NCBI GenBank assembly: GCA_965603825.1
Contig: CBFDEM010000034.1
Coordinates: 366,971-430,970 of the forward strand
Origin: Blepharisma stoltei ATCC 30299
Taxonomy: Eukaryota > Protista > Ciliophora
Direction: 5' to 3'
Length of the DNA: 64,000 bases
The position numbers and the translations under genes are program-made. Numbering within the stretch: the stretch's first letter is position 1; each line of letters begins with the position of its first letter. The notes beneath the pieces are model-generated. The model was not told where the DNA came from. It saw nothing but the letters and a program-made list of their open reading frames with translations, and did not search any database. Of this stretch, positions 45,705 through 58,553 are shown piece after piece.

Positions 45705-47056
45705 TTATGCAAATTATAGTTAAAAGGGATAAAGCCAGCTATTTAGCTTTATTTAAGCAGATTATGCTAATTAAGATCTTTTAGTATTATTATATCCCAG
45801 TCCTTTACCCTCTAAAGAAATCAAGACCTCACTTCTTATTATTATTAACTCTTTTTAAAATAGAAATATAAAATAACTGTTTGAGATCAATTGCAATTTA
45901 AAAATAGCATCCCTTATTGATCTAATAGATTCATGCATATTAAAATCATCAGAGTCAATTATAAAAGAATGCAAATCTATTCAATAAGTTTAAGCATTTA
46001 AGTGTCATAAGTAACAAACCATTGTTTTTAAGTCCTCACATCTCGATCAAATTCGATCTTGAACCTCCTTTGAGTGTAAATATTCAGAATAAGTTATTGA
46101 CTGTTGCAAAATTATGAATTTTGAATTTGCGATTTAAACATTTTAAAAACAAAAAGAATGCTTAAACGCATAGGTCTCATTGAATACCCAAAAAATATGC
46201 TTACAAAAACCTGCAAAATTTAGTAAAATACCAACAAATTTAAAAATAAGATTTTTTCTTAACTTCTGTTCTATTTTAACAGACAAAATGTATATGATTA
46301 ATTCAATCAGAATAATTTAAAAATATAAACAAATTTTTATTATCATAAAACAATTGACTATAGATTATGAAAAGCGAAATATTTTACTGTTTTATTAAAT
46401 TCTTTTATAAGAATATTGAAAATGTTCAACTCTTTTAGCAAATTGCCAATAAAAAATGAATCTATGATTATTTTGGCTGCAAGGAATTTTTTAAAGCCTT
46501 GGCAGGTGAAATCTATAGTAATAATTCAGTCTTTTCAATTACAGCTTATATTTTTAATTACAAGACTTCTATTCAAAATCAAGGACTTTTTAGCCACCTA
46601 TACCACTGATTACGCAATAGATAACTTATAAACTAGCTACTCCGATCAATTTCATATCTTAAAAGCCAACCCACAAAAATAAACTCCATAATCAATAAAA
46701 GTTTCCATACTTCCAAAAAACTAAAAAACATTTTTTCAAATTCTATCAACAACAGAAAATACATTAGCCCCAAGACATGAAGCAACTGAGCCCTAGAACT
46801 CACTCAGTACGTTCGCGGTTTGTCAATCTATCATTTAGTCTGGAAAATCTTCAGCTTAAAATAAATATTTCATATATATTTTTTGTGGTGGTTACGTCTT
46901 TATTTGCAAAATGCATAAGAATTCTGAAGTTAAATCTTATCAAATAGGTCTTCCATATGACTAGCTTTTTTATTAATACATAAGAAAATATTAACTAAGT
47001 TTGAATTGACATTAATGGTAGTGGTTCAATAAATTTATTTTAGGTAATAATAGAAA

Positions 47057-47653
47057 ATGCAAAGACATTCCTTTATCGGCAGCTTTTGACTGCTACCAAG
47101 ACCATGCATTTTAGATGCCTTTGAGAAAACAGAAAGTAAAAATTCATTTAAATGTTGTAATTGTGAGTTAAGCTTTAGCAGTGAAGTAGCTCTTTTAATA
47201 CACCAATTTTCAAATGGCACCAATAGTGACAGCATCACAACGATCAATGACCTCATACATACGAAGAGCTCCTCAGCCGGTGAGCAGGAAACAGCAAATC
47301 AAGCAATAGGCATGGCTTTTACCCAGCTCCCTTTGCCTGCATTCAATGACTTGGACTCAACCCACTGCCATATATGCAAGAAAGACTTCATCTCGCCAAA
47401 AGGACTTCATCAACACATAGGAAAAGTTCATGAGCAGGCAGAAAAGCATGTGAAGTGTCCTGTGTGCGAAAAAGAATTTAAACATAAGCACGCAGTCAAA
47501 TTTCATATGACCCAAGTACATGACAAATCTACCAGAATTTGCTGCATCCATTGTCAGAAGATCATATACAACAAGTACCTGCTGGATTTGCACTTGAACA
47601 AATGTTCTATGAGAAATAGCAGTCCTTTTTATAGCGCTCAAAATAATATTTAA
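47057..47653 (+). CDS. C2H2 zinc-finger protein, paralog of 34368-34877
   Basis: ATG 47057 with TGA=W at 47087 adds the N-terminal CxxC finger. KGLHQHIGKVH, FKHKHA..FH..QVH and YNKY match the 34368 gene. Confidence 0.85.
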
Positions 47654-48685
47654 AAAAAAGACAGTTTCTTTTCTGGAAATTTTCATGATAATAATTAACA
47701 AAATTTATATCATAAAGCATAAATTTCCAAAAAATTTTTAAAATGCACAGATAAAATGGTTTTTTTTAGTAAGTCAGAAATAAATATGAGAACTGTTACA
47801 CATGTTTCTATTTAATTTTTCTATTGAAATATAGCTGGTATCCAAGTCATATTAAGTCAATCTCTTTATCACGAGTAAATCTTTTCTAATTTTTGTAATG
47901 AGTATTAATTAAAATCAAATCCTCATTTGCTTGTTCAGATACAGTTAAAATATTTATAAAGTTGATTTCAAGAGTTCCTGCTAAATTGGATAAGCGCCGT
48001 AAATATATATAATGATGCCCTATTTGTGTGTTCTATTTCTTATTTTTTTGAGCCCAAATCTCTTCTTGCATAAGTTAAAAAGAATAATAAGTATAAGTAT
48101 TCTTTTATTACACAGAAATAGTTTAAGGTCAATAAAAATGCTTTGATTTAATACTGTAACTTAAAGAGCCTGCAAATTGTAATATAATGGTCACCTTATA
48201 AGTTATGAAGTGAGTTGCTGCCAAATTTTTTTTTATTGATTACCAATAAAATGGCTAAAGTTTTAAAGGAGAATTTATTTATTATTTTTGGGTAATGACA
48301 GAGATTGAGAAATTTCTTAATGGAGCAAGAGATTATCTATGCATAACTGTTGCTTAGAAGTAAATAATTCAAAAAAATAATCCATCAGAATTTTTAAAAA
48401 AATTACGAAAAAAAGTACCTATAAAATCTAAATTTCATAATTTTTAGCTTGACTAAGCTTATGAATAAATATTATGATTTTATTAATTATTAAAAGTTTT
48501 ATAGGCTCCAGCTTATTTAATGTCAAAAGTTTTGCTCAAAATAATAATATTTATTCATTCTTAAATTTATATTGACAATTAATTCAAAATATAATAGGAG
48601 GTCTCAAAGTGCCCTTAACTTATAGTTGACTGCATATATTCTACTTTTGATCCCTTAAAATCTAAATTGAAATTTACTTTAGATT

Positions 48686-49324
48686 ATGAAATCCATTTCT
48701 TTCCATTCTCCAAATCCTAAGAGACATCAAAAAAACCCAAGATCGCCTTCGAAATCGAAGTCTGCAGACCTTTCTCAGTACTTGAACACCAAGCTTTCGT
48801 TTATTTTATCAGAATACTTATTAGATACAGTAAATGCAGGCATACCTTTATATGATTCGTTTTCAATAGTTGATTCTCCACCGAAACATTTGATGAGGAA
48901 AAATAAATTAAAGCACATCAGCTCAAAAAGCGTTAAAAATCTGCCAAAGCAGAGTAGGGTAGCTAAGCTACCGAGAGCTATCTCCCACAAAGTAATTTTA
49001 GGAGAAGTCGAAAATACAGATAACGATTCCAGGCACTATGTATACTATGATGAGCTAAACAGATCTCGTTCAAAAAAGAAAAGGATCCAGCCAATTCAGT
49101 CAAGAAATGACCGAAGCCCTTACTCATCAAACTGAAATGTTAAAGCCCTGAATGAATTTTATAAAGAAAATATCAAAAGGAGATCAACCTCACTCAGACT
49201 GACAAACTCTACAAGTAAAACAAGATCAAGCAGCAGAGGATCATTATTAAGGTCTATGGTATCTGTTTCTCGATTTAAATCGTTAAGCCCCGATAGAACA
49301 AAGAACTGGAAATACAAAAGTTAA
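48686..49324 (+). CDS. Basic Ser/Arg/Lys-rich hypothetical protein
   Basis: ORF continues through TGA 49133 to TAA 49322-49324. Confidence 0.65.
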
Positions 49325-49412
49325 ATTTGGTGTAATTTTAATTAAAATAGCTGAAATTTATCTAAAATCTTGTGAATGTAAAAGGAATTATAATTTAAAA
49401 ATATTTTCACAA

Positions 49413-52400
49413 ATGAATAAATCAAAGCAGTCGAGCTTATCGCGGCCACCATCAAGCCAGAGGTCAAGAAAAAGCACCCCTACCGCTTTCAGGCACTCTC
49501 CAAGCATGCCAAAATTTGATATTGAGAAAAATTACAAAAAAGCCATCAATAGATCCCCTTTATCTGGCTCCAAGGTAAATCTCTTCGATAAAGACTTTTT
49601 GCTTCATAGAAGAGATGCGCAATTATGAGAACTCACCCAAGAGATAAAGAAACTTGAGGAGAATCACAAGAGCGTTGTCTCTGTGCTCGAGCACAAAATG
49701 CAAAATTCATCAGCTGCTGTGTCGCGAGAAAGTGAACTTCAATACGAAAATTTCACAAATGAAATAAATTCCTTAAAAGAAGAAAGAGATTCTTTGTACA
49801 CTTCGAACATTATAAAGAGCAAAGAAATCCAACGCCTTGAGTCTCAAATAAAATCTGATCGAGAAATTTATGAAAAAGAAATCAAAAATTTTAATCAAAA
49901 AATTGAGGCAGCAAATGTCAAGCCTTATCGAGGGGTCAGCTCACTGCGGTCTTCTCCAACACATAGGCTTTCTATAGATCTTGAAGAAGAATATAAAAAA
50001 GAAAAAGAAAGAGCGATGACCTTTTATAATGCTTTAAAAAGGAAAGAAAAAGAATGCGAAGCCTTTCACCATACTGATAGCTCTAGGACTCAGCCGAAAA
50101 AAATAGAAAATTTAGTAATTGAAAATAATGATTTGAGAAAGGCTCTTGCAGATGCCCAAAGTGATATAAAAAGAATGTATGTAGAAATAAAGTACTTAAA
50201 TGAACAAATTTACCACCAGAGAAAAACTATTGAAGGTGAAAATACTGTAAAGCGCCAGGAAATTGAAGACAATTTGAGAGATGAAATTGAAGACTTAAAA
50301 ATCAAGTTGAAAAGAGTGATTGAAGGCAAAGTAATTATTCAGGATGACTTAGAGAGGACTAATAACAAGTGCTTTGAGATGGAAATTAGGGCAAAAGAGC
50401 TGGGACAAGAATTAGTTACAATAACAAGAGAGCTTGAGCTAAGGAATGTTGAATATGAATCAATGCATAAAGAATTAGAAATTGTAAAGAGGCATAACCA
50501 TAGCAAACTGTTAAAGCAGCTAGATAGCGAGAAAGAAAAAAGCTTGAACCTAATAACGACGATTACCAATGAAATTAATGCTCAGGTAGATGTTTTAGCA
50601 GATAAGTTGGAAAATAGTGAGGATAAACTAGACAAATTGCTAGAATTCGAATCGCAGCTAAGAGAATATTTGGAAAAAAGCAAAGACGAAGCAAATAAAA
50701 GTGATATTGAGCATTTAGAATCCGAATTATCAAAAGCCAATGAGATTATTTTTGAGCTTAAAAACAAACTAGAAACTGAATCCACAAAAAGACTCACAGA
50801 AGCAGCATTCTACGAAAACGAAGGCTTAAAGCATAATTCAGCCATCAAAGAAATGAAAACAGAACTAAAATCGAAAAAATATTTAGAAGAAGAATATAAA
50901 AGGCTAAAAGAAGACATTGAAGAATTAAATAAAAAACTTGATTCAGAAAGAAGTAAATATGAGAAATTAGAAGAAGAATATAAAGAATCCAAAATATCTC
51001 ATCAGAAGCTGGAAAGCAAGTTTGGACTACTAAAAACCTCAGGAGAAGAAAAATCAGCAGAAATTTCCAACCTAAAAATAGAGAACTCTGAAATTGTCGC
51101 AAAGCTGGAAATCATGGAAATGAAATATATAGAAGCATGCGATGCACTGAAGGAGCTTCATTCCTCTACATTTGAATTAAATAAAAAAGAAGATGAATCT
51201 GAGCAATGGCAAGCAGACGTTGAAGACTATAAAGAAAAAATAAATAGCCTATCTAGTGATCTTAAAGAGGCGCTAGATAAAAACGAAGCATATGAAGAAT
51301 CTCTTGAAAAAAATAAAACTGAAATAAAAAATCTCCAAGAAGATTTTGAAAATCTTAAAGATGCTATGAAAGAAATACTAGATAAAAACGAAAAATATGA
51401 GAAATCTCTTGAAAAAAATAAAATTGAAATAAAAAATCTCCAAGAAACCTGCAAAGATAATAAAAATGAAATTCTAGAGAAGGAAAAAGAAATCGAAGCA
51501 GTTTCAGAGCTTAATTCAAAGCTCAAAGAAAATGAGGAATCAATGCATGAAGAGCAGATAAAAATGAAGCTAGCTATAGAAAAATTAAAAGTAAGTTCCA
51601 TTTAGAATCAACTTTTCACTGAGAAAAGTAATTATGAGGAAGTATTAAAAGCCAAAGACAACGAATTATGCGATCTTAAAATATTACAAAAAGAACAAGA
51701 AAGCAAAAATGAAGAGGTAATTTCTTATTAGGGCTAAAAATAAGGTCTTTTATGATGAGCTGGAAGAAAACATTGAACAAATGAGAATTCTAGAAGAGAC
51801 AATCAAATCATTAAAAGAAGAAAACTCAGCCAATCTCTTGAAGCAAGAAAGAGCAAAGAGAGCTTTTGATGCAGAATTATCAACGATGCAGCAGCAGTAC
51901 GATGAAAAAATTCGTACTTTGCTTCAAATGAATGATGAGACGAAATCAGAGTTAGACCAAGTCCAGTCAAAATTCAATGAAAAAGCTAAGGAGCTTAAAT
52001 TGTGTGGAGACTCAAAAAAAGAAGTTTTAGATGAGTTAGCAAGTAGGCAGTCTCATATAAAATTTCTCGAATACACTTTAGATTGCATTCAAAACACAAA
52101 TGAAAATAACACCGAAAATTGAACTAAAAACGTTAAAGAATTGCAATATAAACTTGAATCTGAAATAGCAAAAAATGAAAACCTAGGAAAAGAACTGGAA
52201 AAAGCAAACCAGCTGCTTATAAAGCATCAGAGCGGGATTGAGTCTCAAATAAATGACATGGGCGACAAGATTCGTGAGCAAAATTTATTAATTCAATCAC
52301 AAGAAAAAGAAATTCAAAGGCTTCATAGCATAATTTCTCAACTTGAAGCTCAGCCTATTAATGATGAAAATTTATATGTAGTAAACACAAAAATTGAAGA

Positions 52401-53643
52401 TCTCGAGTCTCAAAATGAAGATTATATATACCAGATAGAAAAACTGGAATCAGAAAATAAAGAACTCAAAGAAAACCTAGCAGAATTTCAAGAAAAAACT
52501 GATATGAATGCATGTATAGAAATTTCAGAAGAATTTTATAGAGAAAAACTTCAGAAGAAAAAGGAAAAAATTATTGCGCTGAGAGAAAAGCTATATGAAA
52601 TAGAAGTAAAAAATAATGAAAGCATAATGAAAAATTCCGGTTTGGAAAATGAGTATGTCCAAAAATCCAAAATATTAAAAGATATGCAAGTAGAGTATGG
52701 AGAGCAAAATGTCAGGCTAAATGAAGAAATTCAGCGAGCTGAACAGTTTGAGTCACTATATACTGCACTTTATGCAGATTATGAAGAGCAAAGAAAACAA
52801 ATTGTTTTTTTACAAAAGGAAATCGAAGACATGCAAAATTCTGCACAGAGCCAAGAAAAAAGAAACAGCCTTTTAGAAGAAAATAAAGAAGCAAAAAATG
52901 AAGAACTAATTGAACTTAAACAAAGAATCATCGATTTGGAAGCAGAAAATAAGCTGATATCAGACAGAGAAGAAAGTATAAACAGATACCGAGAACTTTA
53001 TGGAACAGATTCATTAGAGGGAGAAAAAATATGGGAAGAAAAGTGTGGGAGCCTTCAAAATGAACTGTTTATTTTGCAAGTTGAATACACAAACTTGCAA
53101 AAAATTTACGATGAACTTAAAAAATCGCAAAATATTGAAGCCTCATCGTATGATTTAGAAGATCTGGATTTTATCGTTTCTGAAAACAAACGGCTAGAAG
53201 AAGAATTAATTTTATTGAAAAAGGAATGGCAAGAAGAAAATGAAAAGAAAAACGAAGATTTAAAGCAAAAAAATAGTGAAATTGAAAATTTAAAGACAGA
53301 AATTAAAATAAACAAAGAATTGCTGGAAAAATATCAAATAGAAAATAAAGATGTTTTAGATAATACTGAGGTAAAAGTTATTTAGGTAATGAAAAAAGAA
53401 TTCAATGCGAAAGTTAGTGAAATGAGTATAGAACTCCAAGAAGCACAACTAAAAATTGAGGAAAATAAAACAGCTTTCAATGAGTTGCAAGAGTATGTGT
53501 ATTCTTTGGAAAATGAACATGCTAGTGTAAAGAATGATTATTTTAAAGAGCAAGAAAAAATAGCAGCACTTGAAAAAGAACTGGAGCAAACAAGGCAAGA
53601 AAGTGAGTCAAAAAAATCTCCAAGGAAGAAGAAAAATGCTTAA
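49413..53643 (+). CDS. Large coiled-coil protein (~1400 aa), three tiny introns
   Basis: TGA=W at 49626 and 52120. Introns 51591-51605, 51717-51732 (GT..GG, needed for the frame change) and 53371-53385 join five track ORFs. Confidence 0.75.
51273..51446 (+). repeat. 105-nt (35-aa) internal tandem duplication in the coiled-coil gene
   Basis: ctagataaaaacgaa...tctcttgaaaaaaataaaa.tgaaataaaaaatctccaagaa occurs at 51273 and 51378 (LDKNE.YE.SLEKNK.EIKNLQE twice). Confidence 0.85.
51591..51605 (+). other. 15-nt intron
   Basis: gtaagttccAtttag; phase 0, ends in an in-frame TAG. Confidence 0.88.
51717..51732 (+). other. Putative 16-nt GT..GG intron
   Basis: gtaatttcttAttagg; removal of 16 nt is needed to stay in frame. 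Confidence 0.65.
53371..53385 (+). other. 15-nt intron
   Basis: gtaaaagttAtttag; phase 0, ends in an in-frame TAG. Confidence 0.88.
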
Positions 53644-53910
53644 AGAAGTAATTATCGCGAATTTAAAGTAATAAAGTCACTGTTTAATTTACCAATTATA
53701 TTTAAATTTGCTCACGTTATAAATTGAATTCGTAGACTTTACTTTTTCAGTAATTAAGCAATAGGATTTGCTTAATTAAGCACTTATAATTATTAAAATT
53801 TTTCTATGAGTTAAATCGCATTAAATTTAGTTAAAACTTAAGAGTTTTATTATTTTAATAACTGGCCAAGAATATTTCATTATTAACTTAAAATCCATTT
53901 TACTTGAATA

Positions 53911-56637
53911 ATGGGTAATTGCGCAGTCAAGAAAAATGCTCCAAAAACCGTATCTCCAATCGTTCCCTTAATTAAAAGCCAAACAAATCCATTTTTACGC
54001 AACAGAGCCGCTTCTCTTACTTCTCTAGGAGGGCTATTTGAAGAAGAAATGCAACTAAGCCCAGCAGCTCAACAAAAGGCGAGGAAGAAAAGAGGATCCT
54101 ACCAAAAAGGTAATACTATGGCCCCAACCGAAGCTTCTAACGCAATCATCAAAGATGTCCCAAAAACAACCCAAGACAAAAAAGAAATCAGGGCAGCCTT
54201 AGGCCGGCACTTTATATTTCAGAGTCTTTCAGAGGATAATATTGAAGCTGTCATTTCTCATATGAAGCTTTATGTATTAGAGCCTCAACAAGTCATTTAC
54301 TCAAGAGGAGGAGCTGCTACTCATTTTTTCACTATTTCCAAAGGAAGATGTGAGGTAGTAGAAAAGGGAATTCAAAAAGGGGTTTTAGGCAAAGGCAGCA
54401 GCTTTGGAGAGATGGCCTTAATGCAGGAATGTGAAAGGACAAGCACTGTCAGGTCGATTGATAAGGTTATGCTGTGGGGTATAGATCGCCATAGTTTCCG
54501 CAATGCTATTGAATCCATAAATGCCCAGAGATATAATGAAAATAAGCAGTTCATTGAAAGTGTACCTTTGTTGCAAAATTTAAATAAAGGCCAGCAAGAG
54601 GCACTTTTAGCAGTTTTGACACATCAGGAATTTGAGCCTGGGAGAAGAGTGGTAACTGAAGGCGACCCTGGGAGTTTGTTTTATATAATTAAAGACGGAT
54701 TAGTAAACTGCACGATTAAAGGGAAACTGATCCGCCAAATGAGCAGAGGAGACTATTTTGGGGAGCAAGCGTTACTTTATAATAGCTTGAGAACAGCCAC
54801 CATCACTGTAGTAACCAAAGCAACTTTACTGTCTTTAGGCAGAGATGACCTTACTAGAGCACTTGGTAATCAACTACAAAAAATCATATATAAAAACTCC
54901 CAAAGAATTGCCTTAGAAGCCAGCCCAGTCCTGAAAAACTTAACTAAAGCCCAGGAAGAAGACATTGTAAGCAAAATGAAATGCAAATCATTTGAAACAA
55001 ATGATGTGGTCATCCCTAGAGGCACTCCCAGGGGACAGAAATTATGAATTGTGGTTAAAGGGAATTTAATAACTGAGCAGTCAAGAAAAAGGTTTAATGC
55101 ACTGAGCTGTATAGGAGATATAGAGCTAGGAGCGCCTCCCGAAGGAGTTTATGAAGAAAATTTGAGGGCAGACGGAAATGTGGACATTGAAGAAATGAGC
55201 AGGCAGGAATTTGAGTCTTGCATTGGAGGACAGCTAAGTAGAGTTAGCTCGAGAAATGAAATTTTGAGCATTATGAGAAATGTTCAGCTGCTAAAAGCTT
55301 TGCCTTTTAAAAAGCTGGAGTCACTGGTGAATAAGGTGTATATAAGAGAATTTAGAAACCAAGAAGTGATTTTTTATGAAAATGCCCCTGGGGATGCATT
55401 TTATATTGTGAAAGAAGGAAAAGTTGACATTGTTAAAAATAATGCTGTGATAAGGACAATAGGGCAGCACGATTATTTTGGGGAAAGATCTATAATATTG
55501 AAGGAAAAAAGAACTGCAACTGTAAGAGCAAATGGACCAGTTCATGTTTGGGTTCTGAGCAAAGAAGATTTTTTAAGTCTTGTTAATGAAGGAATTAGAA
55601 TAATGCTACTAAAGCGTATTGAGCTTCAAGACGACAAAATTACTTTAAAAGATTTACATATTGTAAAACTTTTAGGTAAAGGGATGTTTGGGAACGTATT
55701 TCTTGCCGTTCACAAAGTCACAAGACTTCCTTATGCCATAAAAACAATCAGCCGCGATAAAATCCGAGCCTACGATCTCTATAGCAGCCTGCTTCTTGAA
55801 AGACACATTTTATTGCAAACTGACCATCCTTTAATCATGAAATTAGTGAAGACCTTCAAAGATCATGAAAGAATTTATTTTTTACAAGAATACGTCCAAG
55901 GGAAAGATTTATTTGACGTTTTAAGGGAAATTGGGATAATGAATGACGCAAATGCAAAGTTTTATATATCATGCATTCTTACAATTCTTGAACATATGCA
56001 TGAAAGAGACATTATCTATAGAGATTTGAAGCCAGAAAATATTGTCATTGATGAAGAAGGGTATCCTAAACTCATTGATTTTGGGACTGCAAAGGTTGTT
56101 CAAGGGAGGACTTATACAATTGTGGGGACGCCTCATTATATGGCACCTGAAGTCATCACTGGGAAAGGATATGGGGTATCAGCTGATTATTGGTGTCTAG
56201 GGGTCATGGCTTATGAATTTATATGTGGAATTGTGCCTTTCGGGGATTCAGATGAAGAACCTTATAAAATTTACGAAAAAATACTTCAAAATAGATTGGC
56301 ATTTCCTCAGAAAATCAACAAATCGTTAAAAACTATAAAGATTATTGAAGTTTTGCTTGATAAAGATCCTGCACCAAGATCTAGTACAGAGATCATAAAA
56401 GGTCATAACTATTTTAATAGTGTCAATTGGGATAGCATTCTCAGTAAACAAATAAAGGCTCCTTATATTCCAGGGATTCCAAGCATTGCTAATGAAATTT
56501 TTCAAGCGATGAGGAATAAGCAAACTTTGACCGCTTTTATTTCTGTAATTTTTATTTAGCAAGAAGAAGCAAGAGATTCACTTGAGGTGCCAAAGAGAGG
56601 AAAGCCTCCTGAGCCTGGATGGGATGATCCTTTCTAA
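53911..56637 (+). CDS. PKG: cGMP-dependent protein kinase (alveolate type, 4 CNB domains with one degenerate)
   Basis: MGNC N-terminus. CNB motifs FGEMAL..RTSTV, FGEQAL..RTATI, FGERSI..RTATV. TGA=W at 55045. Kinase motifs GKGMFG, YRDLKPEN, DFG, GTPHYMAPE. Intron 56545-56559 restores the terminal WDDPF. Confidence 0.94.
56545..56559 (+). other. 15-nt intron
   Basis: gtaatttttAtttag; restores the PKG C-terminal WDDPF. Confidence 0.92.
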
Positions 56638-56764
56638 TTGTAAATTAATATAACTGTATAACCCTTTAATATACAAATATACATATAATTTCAAATATTT
56701 ATTATACCTTTATATTTTTATATAATAATATAATGGCAATTGATAATATTTATAAATTAATATA

Positions 56765-57826
56765 ATGTCAATAGAAGAAATCGTTTATTTAGACGAGTAT
56801 TTATGCCCAATTACTCATGAGCTTATGACAAACCCAGTTGTAGCTGCTGATGGAATTACTTATGAAAAATCAGCAATAACTTTATGACTTAAAAAAGGAC
56901 ATCATAGAAGTCCAGTCACAAATGAAAGGCTTCTTCACAACTCATTAATCCCCAACTTAGCCCTCAAAAAGTTGATAGACAAATTCCGAAGCGAATTGCC
57001 GCTCATCCAAAGAGAAAATCAAGTAAAAGTCAATATCGAAGAAGCAGTCAAATTCAAAGAAGAAGTTTTAAAACAAGCTATTGGAATGAATAATCAACAA
57101 ATTCGTCGCATTGAAGACGAATTAAATGAAGAAAAAGCCAAAGTGGAAAGACTAACTAATGAAATCGAAGAGCTTAAACAAACAATTTCAGAAAATCCAA
57201 ATAGAAGCAAAAAATCACAAAATCAGAAAACAATAGAATCATCTAAAAAAGATCAATATCCAAACAAACGATCAAAAAAAAGCTTAGACAAAGCAAATTC
57301 TCAATCAAAGCCACGCAAAAAAGCCAAAAGATCAGTAAGCCAATCGATCAATTTTAGAACTCTAGCAGGCCAGTTATTTACAATCCAAGCTGAGGAAAAT
57401 GATAATATTGCCCAAGTAAAAAACAAAATTTTTGAACAAGAAGGATTCCTACAAGCTCAACAAGTGCTAGTTTTTGATGGAAAGCAATTAGCTGATGAGG
57501 AAATAGTGTCGGATATAAATTTAAAGGATGATAGCATAATATATTTTGCCTTGAATCCTTATAATGGCTCTATCAAAAATCAAGGATCTGAAAATTTTGT
57601 TATTTATGTTAAAACCTTATCAGGGGCTACGTTTGAAATAACCGCTAATCCAAATGATACTGTGGAAATTTTGAAAGCAAAAATCCAAGAGATTGAAGGG
57701 ATTAGTCCATGTCTCCAAAGGCTGATGTTTCAAGGCAAGCAACTGGTAGATGGACCTATTTTAGCCGATTTTGGCTTGAGCAATGAAAGCACAATTTTTC
57801 TCATTTTGAGATTGGCCGGGTGCTAG
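56765..57826 (+). CDS. U-box E3 ligase domain + coiled coil + two ubiquitin-like domains
   Basis: YLCPITHELMTNPVVAADGITYEKSAITL-W(TGA 56885)-L..SPVTNERL..LIPNLAL. Two UBLs (FRTLAGQ..QQVLVFDGKQL; YVKTLSG..QRLMFQGKQL..LILRLAGC). Confidence 0.9.
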
Positions 57827-58553
57827 ATCATTTTCAATTATAATTTATAAGGTTTATAATAAAGATGCCAAATTGTGTTATGGAGATAATATCTGAAATA
57901 GCTTTTTAATATAGAAAGCATAGCATAATAAAGACTGATAAATTTTAGAGGAAGCGAAAATGAGCTAGTATATAGTATGCATCAAAAGTATAATGATTAA
58001 ATCGAGTGATAATTGTGATAGACTAAAAATCATAAGAAGTAATAATCATCAATAAGTTAATTTAAGCTCAGTTTAAAAAACAGTAATTTTTCAGTCTTAT
58101 CTGAAATGTATGTAGATGCAAAATGCAAAATCAAGGATCTAGTATGTAAAAGCCTTAAATAACTAGAGACAGTATGAATAAATAAAATATCTATAATGCA
58201 ATTTAAAATAGTTCATATTTAAATGCTTTATTCATGCAGAGGAAAGTTCTAATAGCATAATAATGCAAAGGATGCGATATTATAAATCTAATATGAAAAA
58301 AGTGTTTAGAGCTTATTAATAAGAGAAAAATAATATTTATTAAATTTATTAAAACTACAAAACAGCAGTTTTCATATTCAATATAAAATGCCCCAAATTA
58401 TTTATTTCAGCTGCTATTACTACTAGTTTCTCTGAGTTTCATTAACTGAATTTAGAACGGTCCATTTTTAGTTAAAATTTAAATTATTCAGATGATATAT
58501 ATCTTTTCTTTGATAGTAATTTATCTATATTTTAAGATTAATTATAGATAACC

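Noticed and set aside
46778-46820. Hairpin actgag-N12-ctcagt preceded by ATGA, SECIS- or ncRNA-like
   Set aside because: Only a 6-bp stem, no 3' GA of the SECIS quartet, and not in the 3' UTR of a plus-strand gene.
51628-51642. gtaattatgaggaag, a 15-mer GT..AG with A at position 10
   Set aside because: Purine-rich, ends AAG rather than YAG, encodes plausible coiled coil (SNYEEV) and is not needed for the frame.
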